Positions 25,529 to 38,887 of a DNA stretch of 64,000 nt are shown one piece after another. The position numbers were made by a program, and so were the translations under genes. Origin of the DNA: Podarcis gaigeae (taxonomy: Eukaryota); the NCBI GenBank assembly GCA_964106915.2, contig OZ066917.1; one strand, written 5' to 3'. Numbering within the stretch: the first letter of the stretch is position 1; each line of letters opens with the position of its first letter. Below the pieces are notes generated by a model that did no database searches, was not told the DNA's origin, and saw only the letters and a list, made by a program, of their open reading frames with translations.

Positions 25529-28361
25529 TCTTACATGAACATGTAATAAATAGTTCTAACATGGGGTTTCGCATTTTCTCCTACACAAATATTATCTGTG
25601 CAGGTAACTCATAAGTATGAAGCAGTCTTGTGGTTTATAGAAAGGAACCAGAGTGCCCTTTTTAGATGAGGCAAAACAGCAGCTTACAGCACTTCTCAAA
25701 TCATTTCCCTTAATTATTCAAGTATAAAAGAAGAGCAACAAAGGTTACTGCCTTTTCCCCTCATGGGGACATTGCTGATTTGCATGTATATGCAGCATCC
25801 TTTCACCCTTGGTCCTTTCTAAGCCTTAATGCTGCTCATGTTTGAAAACTTAAGTGCACTAATGATGATGAGGTCAGCAGCATTTGATACAGGCACAAAT
25901 CATCTGACAAAATTCCCTGTTGGGGGTCATATATAAATATATCTGTTGTCTGCAACACAGCCAGCTGTCATGTGCTCAGTTCCCAAAGTGGGTCTGCTGT
26001 CCTTGTCTGAGTCCCTCAGACGTCTGTGCTTCAGCTTGTGGCAGTGATCACACCTTGAAATGTTTTGCAAGAGGATGAGGTAATCAATAAACATCAAGCA
26101 AAAATGGAATAGGACATTCTACTGGATTCAACCAAAGTCTGAACTCTACTCCAGATCTACACAGCCTAAGTGCAACCATCTTTCACTCCCTCAATCAAAT
26201 TTAGACATTGCAGTCAACTGAAGGAGAATACTTCTGAGATGGCTAATTTGACATGTCCAGTGGGGGCACCATTTGGGGGCAATCAGCCAAGCTTGTAAAG
26301 AAGCCGGTTCTAATTGGAATAACATTAAAAGTTTTATTTCCTTTGCTTTCAACAAATGTTTGCCACCATCTAGGATGGCTTGCATTTGCATGAAGGCAAA
26401 GTTTAGGTCTAGAATGAAAACTAAATTTGGGGAGTTAGTGGTATTCAGAGGCAATGTATTAGTCAATCCTAATTTAATGATTCCCCCCTGCCCCTTATTT
26501 TGTATCTAGCTCTGGTTGGTTGACTTTAGGATTCTGTTGCTACTGCCACTACTGTTTGTTGCATAGTTCAATAGATGTGGACACTAAGCACGGGCCTTTA
26601 AAGGTTTCAGAAGTCTGCAGACTAAAAACCACTGTCTCTGGTTGTGCACTGGATAGGTTACAGTCCTGAACAAGATATGGTGCTGAGTCCTTTTGTCTAG
26701 CTACTATTCACTATTAGCAGTGAAATCTGAGATCACAGAATTGGAAGGGACCCTGAGGGTCATCTAGTCCAATCCCCTGCAATGCAGGGATCTTAACACA
26801 TGGTCCGCCATCCAGTTTGAGATCATACAGGACCCCACTTAGCTTTGCAGATGTGCTAGTAGTTTTATTGCTGCACCACTAGATGTGAGGAAGGAATTGC
26901 TATCTACATTTTAAGAGGCATCAATGTCCCATTCATTTTATATAATTATTTGTAAAGTGATTTCAACATGCAAAACTTGATACTCTTGAGAAGCCTCAAA
27001 TATGTCATCTGTCTGGAGGACAGGAAGCATCAAGAGATCCCACACTTACAAATGCAAAAGGAACACATTTGATAAAGGAGCAGTTGCAAGAATGCAACTG
27101 AAGGGCAAAAACAACATGTCCTAGACACACGTACTTGTCTGATTTGTATGAGACACAGAATGAGACTTGCATAATAGATGCCATACACAAAAATAGTATC
27201 TAGCTGAAATTAGACTGAATGAGTTGGATAAACAGAATTACTGATTGATGTTGGATCAGAGCCACAATATTGTGCCTGACATCATCTCTCCTTTAAACGG
27301 CACTTCCTTGAATCCTTACTGACCACATTCATTAGAAGTCTGTCTTATTGACCATAATAGTACATATCCCTCATCAATGTGACCAGACCACCAATCTCAA
27401 ACCAGAGCTCCTCTTAAAACGTACCTTTCTCAACTGATTAGTTTCATGATTACTCAAATGAGCCAAGACATTTATGGGTTAATCTACACACAGAGAGAAA
27501 GCACTCTGGTGGCAGTGCTTCTTCAGAATGAACATCTGAGGCTGCATGTTTCATTGCCAGCCCCAAACCAGCTGACTGTGGAAATCTAGCTTTGTCTTTT
27601 ATCCAACATGTTGATTTTCATTTTATACATGCAATCCTGCATGTACATTTTGTACTCCAAGAACAGATGCACCATCGTGTTTTCTGGACATGTAAGATTG
27701 GTCATTAATCCTCATAAACCTAATGTGTTAAGCCACAGCACAAACTAGGAAGGCAGCAAACATTTCACAAGTGCTATGAACTGTGATTTGGATGTTTTCT
27801 GGGGGGGGGGGAAAACCCACACAACATAACTAATAGGCAGACAAGCTTTTCAAACCATTATGTAATTCGCATTAGATCCGAAGATAAGACGTGTGGGAGA
27901 GGATGGCTTGTCTAAGCTTAAAACTGAGTCCCTGTCAGGAAATGAGGAATGAAATTGGTCCTGGAGACACATTTCATAGGTACCACAAAGTTGCTCATAC
28001 AACTGTGAGCTAAGAACACATCAAACTCCCTTTTAACAGACGTTTACACCTGCCTCATGGAGTCGGGAATGAGCACAGTGGCCCTACACTTCTCTACAGT
28101 GAAAACTTCAGGGATGTTGAAAGAGATTTCTCTTTTGTTTCTGTGGTTAAAAAAAAAACATCCCGAGAATTCCTGCTCTGAAACCAACACAAAGCAAACA
28201 AAAACCGCATCTCCAAAAAAGGTACCAAAGCAAAAAGCCCTATAACCCTAAACACAATATAAAAAAGGATGAGTAATTCCATGCAGCTGGAACGGCAAGC
28301 TTTCATACTGAAGTCTCTGCACCAGGTAGAGTCTTGGCAGCATTGCCAATAGGATACTTAC

Positions 28362-28766
28362 CAGGCCGTAAGACCCTGATTTCCAGCAGGTTAGAGGTTC
28401 TGTCTGCCAGTCGTGTCCAGCTACTGTTGTAGTTCTTCCGCCAGAGCTCTGCCACACATTGGTACTTTCCCGCCTCTGTGTCACTGGCTCTGCTGATGCT
28501 CAGGCGCACGTTGTTGCTGGATTCCGATTTTTCAATGGCTGTCCTGGTACGAAACCCAACGTACCTATCTCCCCACTGAACACCTCCATCCCGAGTGAAG
28601 GTGACCAGATCGTGAAACTCGGTGCTGCCTGCTGGCTGAAAGCGCCACGTCACAGACACTGGGACCCAGGATGGGTAATGTGGTTTGATGATGCATTGTA
28701 AATCAAACGACTCGTTGTAGGTCACTCCAGGGGTGCGGGAGATGGCTGTAACTGCAAAGCCAGCAT
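28362..28766 (-). CDS. IGSF3: IGSF3 coding exon, Ig-V domain 5 (DAGFAVTAISRTPGVTYNESFDLQC...EAGKYQCVAELW...EIRVLRP)
   Basis: Acceptor tgttag|ATGCT and donor CCTG|gtaagt. 405 nt, phase 1-1. Very close to recalled IGSF3 Ig5. Confidence 0.97.
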
Positions 28767-29441
28767 CTAACAAAAAGCAAAAGACAGACACGCAAAGTGA
28801 ATATTTCCACAGTAACTGTAATACCATTGGCATGCTGCAACTACAGTAAGAAGTGCTTTCCTAACAGCAGCTCACAGGAGGTGGGTCTGGTAAACTCTTA
28901 TTCTCAGTAAATAAACACATACATTAAAGCAGGGACGGAAAAAGCTGCCCCCAGGAATTCTACAAAACAACCCAATCCCTGAATTTTGGAGTTAGAAATT
29001 CAGCAGGCAACATACAAAAATCTACTGACAAACCTCAGTGTTACCAGCAATCCCTTTTTGCGTTCTATATAGGGCAAACAGGACAACCTCCGCACAACAG
29101 AAAAAACGCTTGCAAATCTGGCAATACTAAGAGACATTTCAGCCTCATAGAACACACTGTAAGTGACCTTAAGGTGAGAAATGACAATCACAGGGAGCCC
29201 AAAAAGCAATGAAAATGTGTAAATAGTTATTTTTGAGTTAACAGTTTAAGATTACATGTAAAATGAACATGCATATATTAAAAAGAATCATCAGACATAA
29301 AATTGGATTGTTTCTTGCAGTTGGCAGCTGTAGATCCCCTCTGGTTTGATTTTTCCAAATTGTATCTGATAACGTATTATAATAAATGATATCTATTAAG
29401 TCACCCCACTTGAATGGAACCAAACATTTAAGAGAGAATAA

Positions 29442-29788
29442 GACGCGGGTGGCGCTGTGGTCTAAACTACAGAGCCTAGGGCTTGCCGATCAGAAGGTCA
29501 GCGGTTCGAATCCCCATGATGGGGTGAGCTCCCGTTGCTCGGTCCTTGCTCCTGCCAACCTAGCAGTTTGAAAGCACATCAAAGTGCAAGTAGATAAATA
29601 GGTACCGCTCTGGCGGGAAGGTAAACGGTGTTTCCATGCACTGCTCTGGTTCGTCAGAAGTGGCTTAGTCATGACCCAGAAACTGTCTGCGGACAAATGC
29701 CGGCTCCCTCGGCCAGTAAAGCGAGATGAGCGCCGCAACCCCAGAGTCATCCGCAACTGGACCTAACAGTCAGGTCCCTTTACCTTTA
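29442..29788 (+). mobile_element. Sauria SINE (plus strand)
   Basis: gacgcgggtggcgctgtgg head, B-box ggttcgaatcc, ccctttaccttta tail. Confidence 0.9.
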
Positions 29789-29907
29789 AGATACCATTAT
29801 AAATTAAATACTTGGGATAGTTGCTGCCAAAGACTACAGTGTAACCCCCCCCCCCGCCTTTTTTTTTTTTTAATTCCTATTATGCAGCTCTTGAGAGGGC
29901 AATATTT

Positions 29908-30030
29908 TTGATGAAGCGGGCTTTAGTCCCTGAAACCTCTTGCCATAATAAATGTGTTGAATTGCTAAGGTGCCGCAAAAATCTTTGATGATTTTGCTGC
30001 AAGAGGCGAACATGGCTATCCCTCCTGAAA
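29908..30030 (+). mobile_element. Degenerate Penelope-like terminal fragment
   Basis: tgatgaagcgggctttagtccctgaaa...aataaatgtgttgaattgctaaggtgccgcaa...catggctatccctcctgaaa resembles the reptile Penelope pseudo-LTR. Confidence 0.55.
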
Positions 30031-31951
30031 TAAAAATCCTCTGCAACTTTTGAAATGCTCACACCAGATATATATGCACCAAATGTTGCTGCTGGCTAAC
30101 TTTAATCCACAATGCTATGCAATATGCAACACATGCCTGTGAATTCAATGAAACTTTTAACACCGCTCTCTGAACTAGGTGATAAGCTTGCACAAACCAC
30201 AATTATTACAGTATGACTTTCCAGCCGGAATATGCACTGTTCAGAAGGTTAGCACAGGAAGGTTTTCTATGTGCTCACAAATTCCATTTGTTTGACCATA
30301 CAGGACGGTGTGAAGGCAGTAGCCTTTGGCTCTGTGCTGTTCAGGATGCCTGTACCTCTTGACCCAAAGGCTACAAGATATTAATTAACAATGGCCAGGC
30401 AGCTGGGACATTAATTGCTGCAAGCAGATTAATTTTAGCCTGCCAACCTTTCCCCAGAGCTGCTACAGAGATCTCTGCACACTTTCAGCAAAGGGCTCAG
30501 GGATTCTAATCATCAAAGGACGTCACTATGGCACAGCTCCGGCCCATGTAATTACAGCAAAAACAGGTCAATCTTTCGGATTAAAGCCTTTTGAAAATGT
30601 GTTTAATAGTTATCCAGGAGAAGAGGAAGAGGCTAGGGGAGGGAGAGAGTTAAGCACTCTCTCTCTCACACACACATACACAGTGAACTGCAAGTGAAAT
30701 CCAGGCACCTTGTGGCAATTGTCTCACCTGCCTAGGTATTTCAGACACAGCTGCAAGAGATTGGTAATGCAGAAGACACGAGTATCCTCAGGCAGCACTA
30801 TACTTGACGATTTCAAGCCTAAATTATTTTCTGAAGAACTCTGTGCACGTCATATACACACTGCTCTAGCTGAGGAGTGGCAGTCAGTTTTGCAGGTGCA
30901 TCAGATGAACCACCTGATGTTTAAGCACCGGGGGCCTCCTGACAAAAGATGGACCAAGTGGCAGCCCCTCTCGCTGAGAAAGCTACTCCTGCAATCCTGT
31001 AACAATACTAGCATCTAAAACTTCCCCACTTCTTATTCCAGACTTCTGTCACTAGGCAACTGAACTAACCTTGCTGGTTTTCCTGGGGAACGTGTGGCTG
31101 ACCTAAACAAGCTTTTAGAATTGGTAAACATCTTGCTTCCTTTTTCACCTAATTACACTTACATTCTTGCTCTTCTAGCAAAGAGCTCCGCAAAGGCTAC
31201 ATATGTTTCCAGGTAGCCTTCCAAACAGGTAGTTTTATAGGACCAGAGCTACTTAGAACCGACCTTTTAACTGCATAGCATTTCTTCAGATCATTGTTTC
31301 TGGACCCTGGCTCCATAAACATTTGAAGTGGAGCTCGCTGCAGACTGAACACAACCTCTTAACCTGACTCTTTCATAAACTTTTCTGAAAAGCTCAGCGA
31401 CATACAAACCATTAAATCCTGCCAGCTACTTCTTGCCCCCAACACTTCACTAGAAATTCTTTAAATCTGCACGATGTAGCCTTCCTACACTCCAGCTGCC
31501 CCACTGAGCCTTAGTTCTGCAAATCTCACAAAATTTGATTTTCCTTCTCTGCTCAACCTCCCATTTTCTGTGCTGTTATTTCAAGGGAACTACAAATTAG
31601 TGGATACTACAGATAGTTGATGAGGGGCCCTGTGTGAGAGGCAGGGAAGGGAATTTCTCCTGGGGTAGGAGGATGGGAGAAAAAAGGGAGGCTCCTAGTT
31701 GAGGTTCACCTATCTCTGTGTGGGACAAGTTAAGATTTATCTGTGAAAGAGGACTTTGTATTCTTTTCCTTGTTTTTGTTTAGTTTAGTTTATTAGTTTA
31801 TTATTGCAACATATTATGAAAAGTCTTAATAAAATCTTATTAAATAAACCATGTGTGCTATGATGCCATGGTGCTATGGCTCCCCGCTGCTACATATTGC
31901 CAGGAAGAAGGAAGGTGAGGGGGCAGGCAGAGTATGTTTCAATAACAACTA

Positions 31952-32521
31952 CAGTATTTTTCACTCTATAAGACACACTTTCCCCCTCCTAAAAAGTAAG
32001 GGGAAATGTGTGTGTGTCTTATGGAGCGAATGCAGGCTGCGCAGCTATCCCTGAAGCCAGGAGAGCAAGGGGGATTGGTGCTTCAGAGATAGCCGCCCGA
32101 AGCGTAGTGGGAGCACTCCTCCCGCTGCGCTCCGGAGGCATCGGGCAGCTATCCCTGAAGCCAGGAGAGCAAGAGGGATAGGTGCACACCAATCCCTCTT
32201 GCTCTCCTGGCTTTGCTTCGCTGGAGAGGCGCTGCACAGCTTTCCCTCTCTGCACAGCACTCCTTCAGTGAAGCGGGAGGAGAAATGGAAGGGGCTCCGC
32301 TTCTCCTGCCACTTCGCTGAAGGGGCGGTGCACAGAGAGGGAGAGCTGCGCAGCGCCCCTTCAGCAAAGCGGGAGGATAAACAGAGCCCCTTCCATATCT
32401 CTTCCCGCTTTGCTGGAGAGGTGCTGAGCAGAGAGGGAGAGAATACTTTTTTTCTTGTTCTCCTCCTCTAAAACTAGGTGCGTCTTATGGTCGGGTGCGT
32501 CTTATAGAGCGAAAAATGCAG
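31952..32521. mobile_element. Tc1/mariner-superfamily (Tc2-like) non-autonomous element
   Basis: TIR CAGTATTTTTCACTCTATAAGAC / GTCTTATAGAGCGAAAAATGCAG with TA TSD. GC-rich interior with the repeated block gcagctatccctgaagccaggagagcaag. Confidence 0.85.
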
Positions 32522-32739
32522 TAGTTTCATCCTCGAGTTTCCAGGGGAACACACGAGGAAAGAAGTGTGCAAGCTGTGAATAGGACAACAGGCTCCTTTA
32601 TTTCCAGTCATCAATCAGTGAGCTTAATTTTTTCTCTTACCAGGACATTTGTGGTGTCTAAATAACTGAAAATGGGGAAATGGTGACACAAAACGCTTAA
32701 CCAGCATTGCATATATTTAATAGCACTTTTAATACCCAC

Positions 32740-33141
32740 CCAGGGCAGTGATGGATACTGCAGAGCCATTATGTCGCTCCCCGATCATCTGCCACTCTCC
32801 ATCCAGCCTACGTGTCCACTCTGTGATGCGACACTCATAGTGGCCCTCGTCTGCCTTGAGGCTGTTGAAAATTTCGAGTGTGAAGGATCCAGGACGTATC
32901 TGCTCCATCTGGATCCCACCATAGCTGCTCCGCTCAGCGTAAGACGGGCCAGGGCGTAGGGTGCCATCTCGGTCAAGTTGCACAATGTCACTGCGCCGGT
33001 TCTGCTTGTCCACAAGTTGCCAGGTGACCGAGAGCCGGTTCTGGGGTCTAAATCCTGTGCGGATACTGCAGCCAAATCGCAGGCTCTCTCCTTCTAAAAC
33101 ACTGCTGGCATTGTTGGTCACCTCCACAGAAATATTGGTCT
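32740..33141 (-). CDS. IGSF3: IGSF3 coding exon, Ig-V domain 4 (KTNISVEVTNNASSVLEGESLRFGC...DEGHYECRITEW...SITAL)
   Basis: Acceptor ctgcag|AGACC and donor CTGG|gtgggt. 402 nt, phase 1-1. The junction codon A|AG gives Lys, as in recalled human '...PLK'. Confidence 0.95.
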
Positions 33142-34573
33142 CTGCAGTTAAAGGAGAGTGTATGCAATTATAATTAGGGTTGCCTGGGGCCCGTACATAT
33201 ATTCACTGGCCACTTTTCTGAACAAAACGGCTCCCTAGGGATTGCATGGAAAAATACAACATGTGATCTAGCAGTAAATGGATACACTCAGTAGCTGATT
33301 TCTATGAATGTGGCAGGTCTACAAAGTGCTATTGGTATTGGTAATGCTGGAATTATGTACCTGGAAATGTTCAGAGGCAATCATGTGGACAAATGTAGAA
33401 GGTGATATAAACATCTGAACCACTTTTGTGTCTTCTACAGTTCTGCAATTGGAACAGAACAATGTATGAAAAGCAGCTATGGGGGCCAATTTTGATAGCT
33501 ACCGCAGATTCTAAAGAATCTCTGCTTTCATTTCAGATTCAAACCATGAAACATAAACTTTCATGGCTAAATAGAGATATGTCTGAAAACACAAGTTAAG
33601 CTGCCAGCCCTAGATGAATGCTAGCCAGTGCTAAAAATGGCTGAACAGCACATCTACCATCAGTTCTTGAATGACTTCAGAATCTGCTAGTGAATTCACA
33701 ACTCATAGTGTTGTGATGGCTTACCTTTAAAACCCTATGCAGTCTTAATTTATGTGGGGTGGAAAAATTTTCCGAAATAGAACATTTCCACTTCTATATT
33801 TTTCTTTTTTTCCCACTTCTATATTTTTCTGCAAATAATTTCCTAATTTTCTAATTTTGCATAATATTAATTAGAAATGTAATGAATGTACAAAATGCAA
33901 GTTATATTGGCCAATTGGAATGGATTCAACACCAGTCAAACCTAAAATAAAAATTCTAATTAGCTTCCTTCAGCTAACTATCCTTGGAAACACATATATT
34001 TACATGAACAGCTCTTTAGGGATGCTAAATTTAGTATGCAAAATACTTTTCAGCACCTTTGTTTTTTGTTTCCCTGGGCTGCAAACATAAGCATAGTTAG
34101 TAGACAGTAAGCCCCAATGAGTCTTCATTCTGAATAAACATAAATAGGATTGTGCTGTTAAAATATACATAACATAGGGAAAATATAAGGTATTGCTGTC
34201 ATGCTTTATACATTTGCAAATATTCCAATAAAAATAATTTCCAGGAAAAGGTTGGGGGTTTGTTGTAATATGACATTTACAGCATGGGGAGTACACATTA
34301 CTGATTTCCCCCTTTATCAAAGGGAAATATTGTATTTCTGCTGGCACTGCTTATTTGCATAATGTTAATGAATTTATTATGTGTTGAGCCTTTTGGGGAA
34401 AGTGGCATGGATAACTAACCAGTCAAATGAGCCTGAACTTCCTATGCTTATTATGTTCAACAACAGCCAAGGAGGTCAGCCCCATGAGTTGCTTTGTCTC
34501 ATAACCATGCCTGAGGCCCAGTAACTCCTACAAATGCACACACACAACAGAAACAAGCAACAGCTCTGCTTAC

Positions 34574-34963
34574 TGAGGGGCAGGACGGTGATGGGCGTGT
34601 TCTTTGGTCGTTTGCTCTCCCCATCAATAAATTCACCAGTCGATGTCTTCAAGCGCTCCGTGACCCGACAGTTGTACTTGCCGCTGTCCTCCAGGCGGAG
34701 TCGGTAAATTTTTAAGACGTAGATGCTGTCACTTTCTTTGGCCACTTTCAGTTGCCCCAGAGCTTCTCGCTGGGCAAACTCATTGTTAAGGACCGGCACG
34801 GCATTTGCCCCAAAACTAGCAATCAGGGAACTGTTGAAGGCCCATGAGATGGAAAAGTATCTCTTGGCAACGTTCTGTACCTCCAGAATGCACCTGAACT
34901 CCACTGGTTCCCCCACGGTGTAAGTCCTCTTCTCTGTCTCTAGCCGGACATTGATATCCATAT
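34574..34963 (-). CDS. IGSF3: IGSF3 coding exon, Ig-V domain 3 (DMDINVRLETEKRTYTVGEPVEFRC...DSGKYNCRVTER...KNTPITVLPL)
   Basis: Acceptor ttgtag|ATATG and donor CTCA|gtaagc. 390 nt, phase 1-1. Matches recalled IGSF3 Ig3. Confidence 0.96.
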
Positions 34964-36033
34964 CTACAAAGGAATAGAACACACACACACAAGCAAGCAA
35001 GCAAGCAAGCAAGCACACCCACACATTCCCAATGAAACTGTGTCACAGCACTGAACACACAGAAAAAACCAACGAGAACTTGGAAACGAAGACAGTTCAT
35101 ACTTCACCTAACCACCCTGATTTTATCCACCTCTTTAAATGCTATTCTTCTAACTGTGTCATCTGTATAATGCTCAAGGCGGCACAGGTTAAAAACAATG
35201 CTTAGTAGAAGTTAATTTGGCACGATTGCCTATTAAATATATACCAATTTTCTGCAAAGAAAGAAAAGGCAGGAATAGATCTGATCTTTCTTTCCTAGTA
35301 TCTTACTAGCTGCTGTTTTGAGAGATTATTCCAAACTCTAGGTACACTGTATGTTACAAGCACATGGCGTTCTCCAAAGAATCATTGGAAGCCTCTCAAA
35401 GGGTTACAATTTACAGCACCCTTAACAAACTACAGTTCCTAGGATTATTTGGGGGAAACCATATGCCTTAAATGTATGGTTTTGATGTGCCTCAGTTTAC
35501 ATATTTTGATTCAAAGGTTGAACTGTGTACCAACTTAGCAACAGACCTTTTATGGGTCGTGCACTTTATCAAGAGGTCTTGGTTTGTAAAATGTCAAATA
35601 AGATTTCACCCGCTGAAAGTATCAAGATACAGGAAATAAGTTTTATTTATAAATCAGGAAAACCTACCAGAACTAGAGCGAGTACTGACTGATAGGCCAA
35701 AAGAACACCACCATGAGCACAACAAAGGACGACAACGACAACAACAAAAGGTAAAACACTGCTTAGTAAGACCCTGAGAATAATTATCTCATCTAGATTT
35801 TGCATTAAGGAAAACAGGGTATTAAATTTTCAATATAGATAAATATTATTTGATCATTAATTAATGCTTCATTTACTGGAAATTTCCTTTCTTAATACCT
35901 ATGTGCAAAACCCATGACCTGCTGTAGTGGCTGAGGGTTGCTCGTGGTCCAATATATGCAATGCATCACTTCCAAATATTACCTGTTTTTAATCTCACAA
36001 TAATGACTGTGGACTGTACTAAACTCTTTAAAG

Positions 36034-36169
36034 CAGTATTTCTCAACCTGCTACCCTCCAGATGTTTTAGACTCCAACTCCAATCAGTCCCAGTCAAGTT
36101 GGCCAATGCACAGGGATGATGGGAACTGTAGTCCAAATCAACTGGAGGGGACTAGGTTGGTGAAGGCTG
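36034..36169. mobile_element. Palindromic hAT MITE (diverged)
   Basis: ccctccagatgttttagactccaactcc...gggaactgtagtccaaa core. Confidence 0.75.
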
Positions 36170-37651
36170 TTAAAGCAAAAAGGTACACTTTACAATTGTT
36201 GGAAATCTTGGTTCTGACTTTCAGGAAAATATTATTCCACCCATTCAAGAACACATTCATACTTGAAAGCTGAAGTCTTAATTACCTGGAAGAAAGTCGC
36301 ACTAACCAAATGGGGCTGACTCTTGAGTGAACAAGTATAAGGCTATATTGACAGGCAGAGTTGTACACTGCCAAACCACTTATTTTCACTACGCTTTCCC
36401 CCAAGATCCAAATTTGCTTCTCAAACAGCAACTGAAGTTCCCTGCGAAAACTCCAGGTGATTATTTTAATGCCAACATACCTTTATTTTGCAATGATACA
36501 ATCAGCGTATGTCTGCTTTAAAATACATGTGGGCTGTTCAACAGTTTCCTTTTCCTTGTCCTCTTTTCAAAAGCACTTTCAAAAGCAGACTTTAATACAT
36601 TTTCAGAGTTACTAACATCTGAAATATCTAGGTCATGTCCGGCCAGTGTATCGTTAATTGAGCAGGCCCTTTTGATACATCGAAAATGTAGCGCCACGTC
36701 TTCCATACTGACAGCAACACTCCTTCCTTCCAACCAGAGGGAGGAACAACAATAACATTCAAGTAGAATGTCTCATTCCAAAATCTTTTTCAAAAGCAGT
36801 ATCAGAAAGGAGCCTGAGTTCTGAGTTAATGGGATGAGACTAACAGGCCAGATACAGAGAGAATGAAAAGGTAAATGAAATAAGATAAATTAAAGGAAGG
36901 AAGAAAAATGAGACCAAGGAAAGCGAGAAGAAAGCAATTCTGTAGGGACTGGGAGCGCAAAAACAGTACTTCTGATCTAAGAAATAAGAGATATAACATC
37001 ACCATGCTGAAATATCACTTAGTGTGTGTTAGCTACTCCTCCAGTGCCTTTTAACTAGTGTGATGTACCCACAACCCTGGTGGCTAAATAGCGGTAGTCA
37101 AGTGGATGTTATTAACTCAAGGAAAATATGCTTAGGGTCATGCTATTGTATATGAGAAATTATGATTAGAGGACCAACAGCAGATAAGATGGCTCTTATC
37201 CCACTGTTTCTCTTCTCTTTCACTAATAAAAACAGACTGACTCCTCATACAGCTCCTCAAATATCTTTGTTTGAAAGGAGGGAGAGAAAAGTCATGTGAA
37301 GGTATTGTCCAATAAAATGATTGTGTAAACTCACCCCAGATGGCCTAACTTTGCAAACTCAAACCAACTAGGGCTCAGAAAATGGTAAACGGAGAGAAAG
37401 AGAGATTTTGGTGTGCCAAAGCTTTATCTTACTCATGCATCAGCAGTTTAAAAATAAAAATGAATGATTATGGCTTCAGGGCTCCACTCACATTTCATGG
37501 AGAAATTATTCAGCCAATAATCAAATGCTCTCAGTATCTGTTGGCGGAAAATGATGTCTAGGAATTTAAGTTATTTGCTAGGCAGTCCCATCCTATCAAA
37601 CATTTCCTTGTAAATGAGTCTTTCCCAGAAAATTGCACCCACTAGCTTCAC

Positions 37652-38215
37652 TGTCATGGACTGGCTGGATGCAGAGCAGTGGTAGGACACACCAGCTGGA
37701 GAACCCTCTAGGGAAACCCCAGGGGAAGAAGGCTCAGAGCCAAGGGATTGGTGATGGGATGACGATGAGTGGTCAGAAGGAGAAGACTGGTGATCAGAGG
37801 GAGATGGAGCAAACTGGGAGGAGGAGATGTCAGAAGCAGAAGGCAAGGTTTAGTGAACAAGAAGAGGCTGAGGAAGAACATAGTTCAGACTCTGAGGCAG
37901 AAGTGGGGGCTGGAGAGGAGTGGAGCCAGGAGAGGCAAGATGCTGAAGAAGCCAGGGAGTCTCCCTGGTTGTGTGCAGACACAGCCTGAAACTGTGTGGG
38001 AAAGACCCTAGAGAAGAGAAATCCTATTGGGCTCCTGGGAAGGTGGAGACCTTCAGTCCTCACAACTCTTTCATTGGGGCAAGACCTCCTAGAAAGAGTT
38101 GCTGAGACCACTAGGCTGGAATTGTGGTTTGCTTCCTTGAATAAATAATTAACTTCACTGGCCTCGGGTGAATATTGCTTTTTTTGCTGACCTACGCCGG
38201 ACTCCAGCCCCAACA
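37652..38215 (+). mobile_element. Probable solo LTR, purine-rich
   Basis: TGTCA...CAACA ends and AATAAA at 38140. The GA-rich interior produces the acidic low-complexity ORFs. The TSD is imperfect (TTCAC/TCCAT). Confidence 0.6.
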
Positions 38216-38887
38216 TCCATTCAAACATTAACGCTGAGCCATGGTTTAGTGTAGCCTTCCCTAAACTTGGATCCTCAGCTGTTTTGGACTAGAACTCCCA
38301 TCATCCCTGACCACCAGCTCATGCTTGTTGGGGATGATGGGGGTTGCAATAACTCTGGAACCAAGACCAGGAGAGGCAGGTTTATTGATACATGGATGGG
38401 CCTCCCTCCAAGGTAGAGTGAAGGACTAGGCTGCTGCATCCCCTCCTCCAGCACAGCCAGGAAGACATCTGCAGAGTTAAATTTCAATTTCAAAAAACCA
38501 AGGATCTTGGTTTAAAACCAACAGATCCATTTCACAAGAAGCCAACTTCAAACCACTGAGTTATGAAACTGTGTAGTTTAGCAGTAAATTGTTTTGTTAT
38601 AAACCACAACACCTAGCACATAGGTAATGCTAAACCAAAACTTTTTGAAATCTAAATTCTCAGCAGAAACCCCTCTTCCAACTGCAAAGAAGGTGATGGT
38701 GTGGGAGCCGGATGCTTCACTCATCCACATAGTACTAGACCACAACTCAATATTGCATGTGAACTGGACTACTCTAAGACATAATGATTAGAGCACCTTC
38801 TCCTCTCCTTCCCAACACTGCTGCAAAAACGCAAAGAATATTACAGTCTATGAGAGAGGTAACCAAAAAGAAGCTTGACACACTAAC

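Noticed and set aside
25861-25910. ATGATGA...CTGA as a C/D box snoRNA
   Set aside because: Only about 45 nt between the boxes and no terminal stem. A similar weak case at about 19105-19220 has an imperfect C box.
37571-38228. Acidic and Ser-rich ORFs on both strands (118 aa, 132 aa, 91 aa)
   Set aside because: Low-complexity translation of a purine-rich LTR-like repeat, with no splice or domain evidence.
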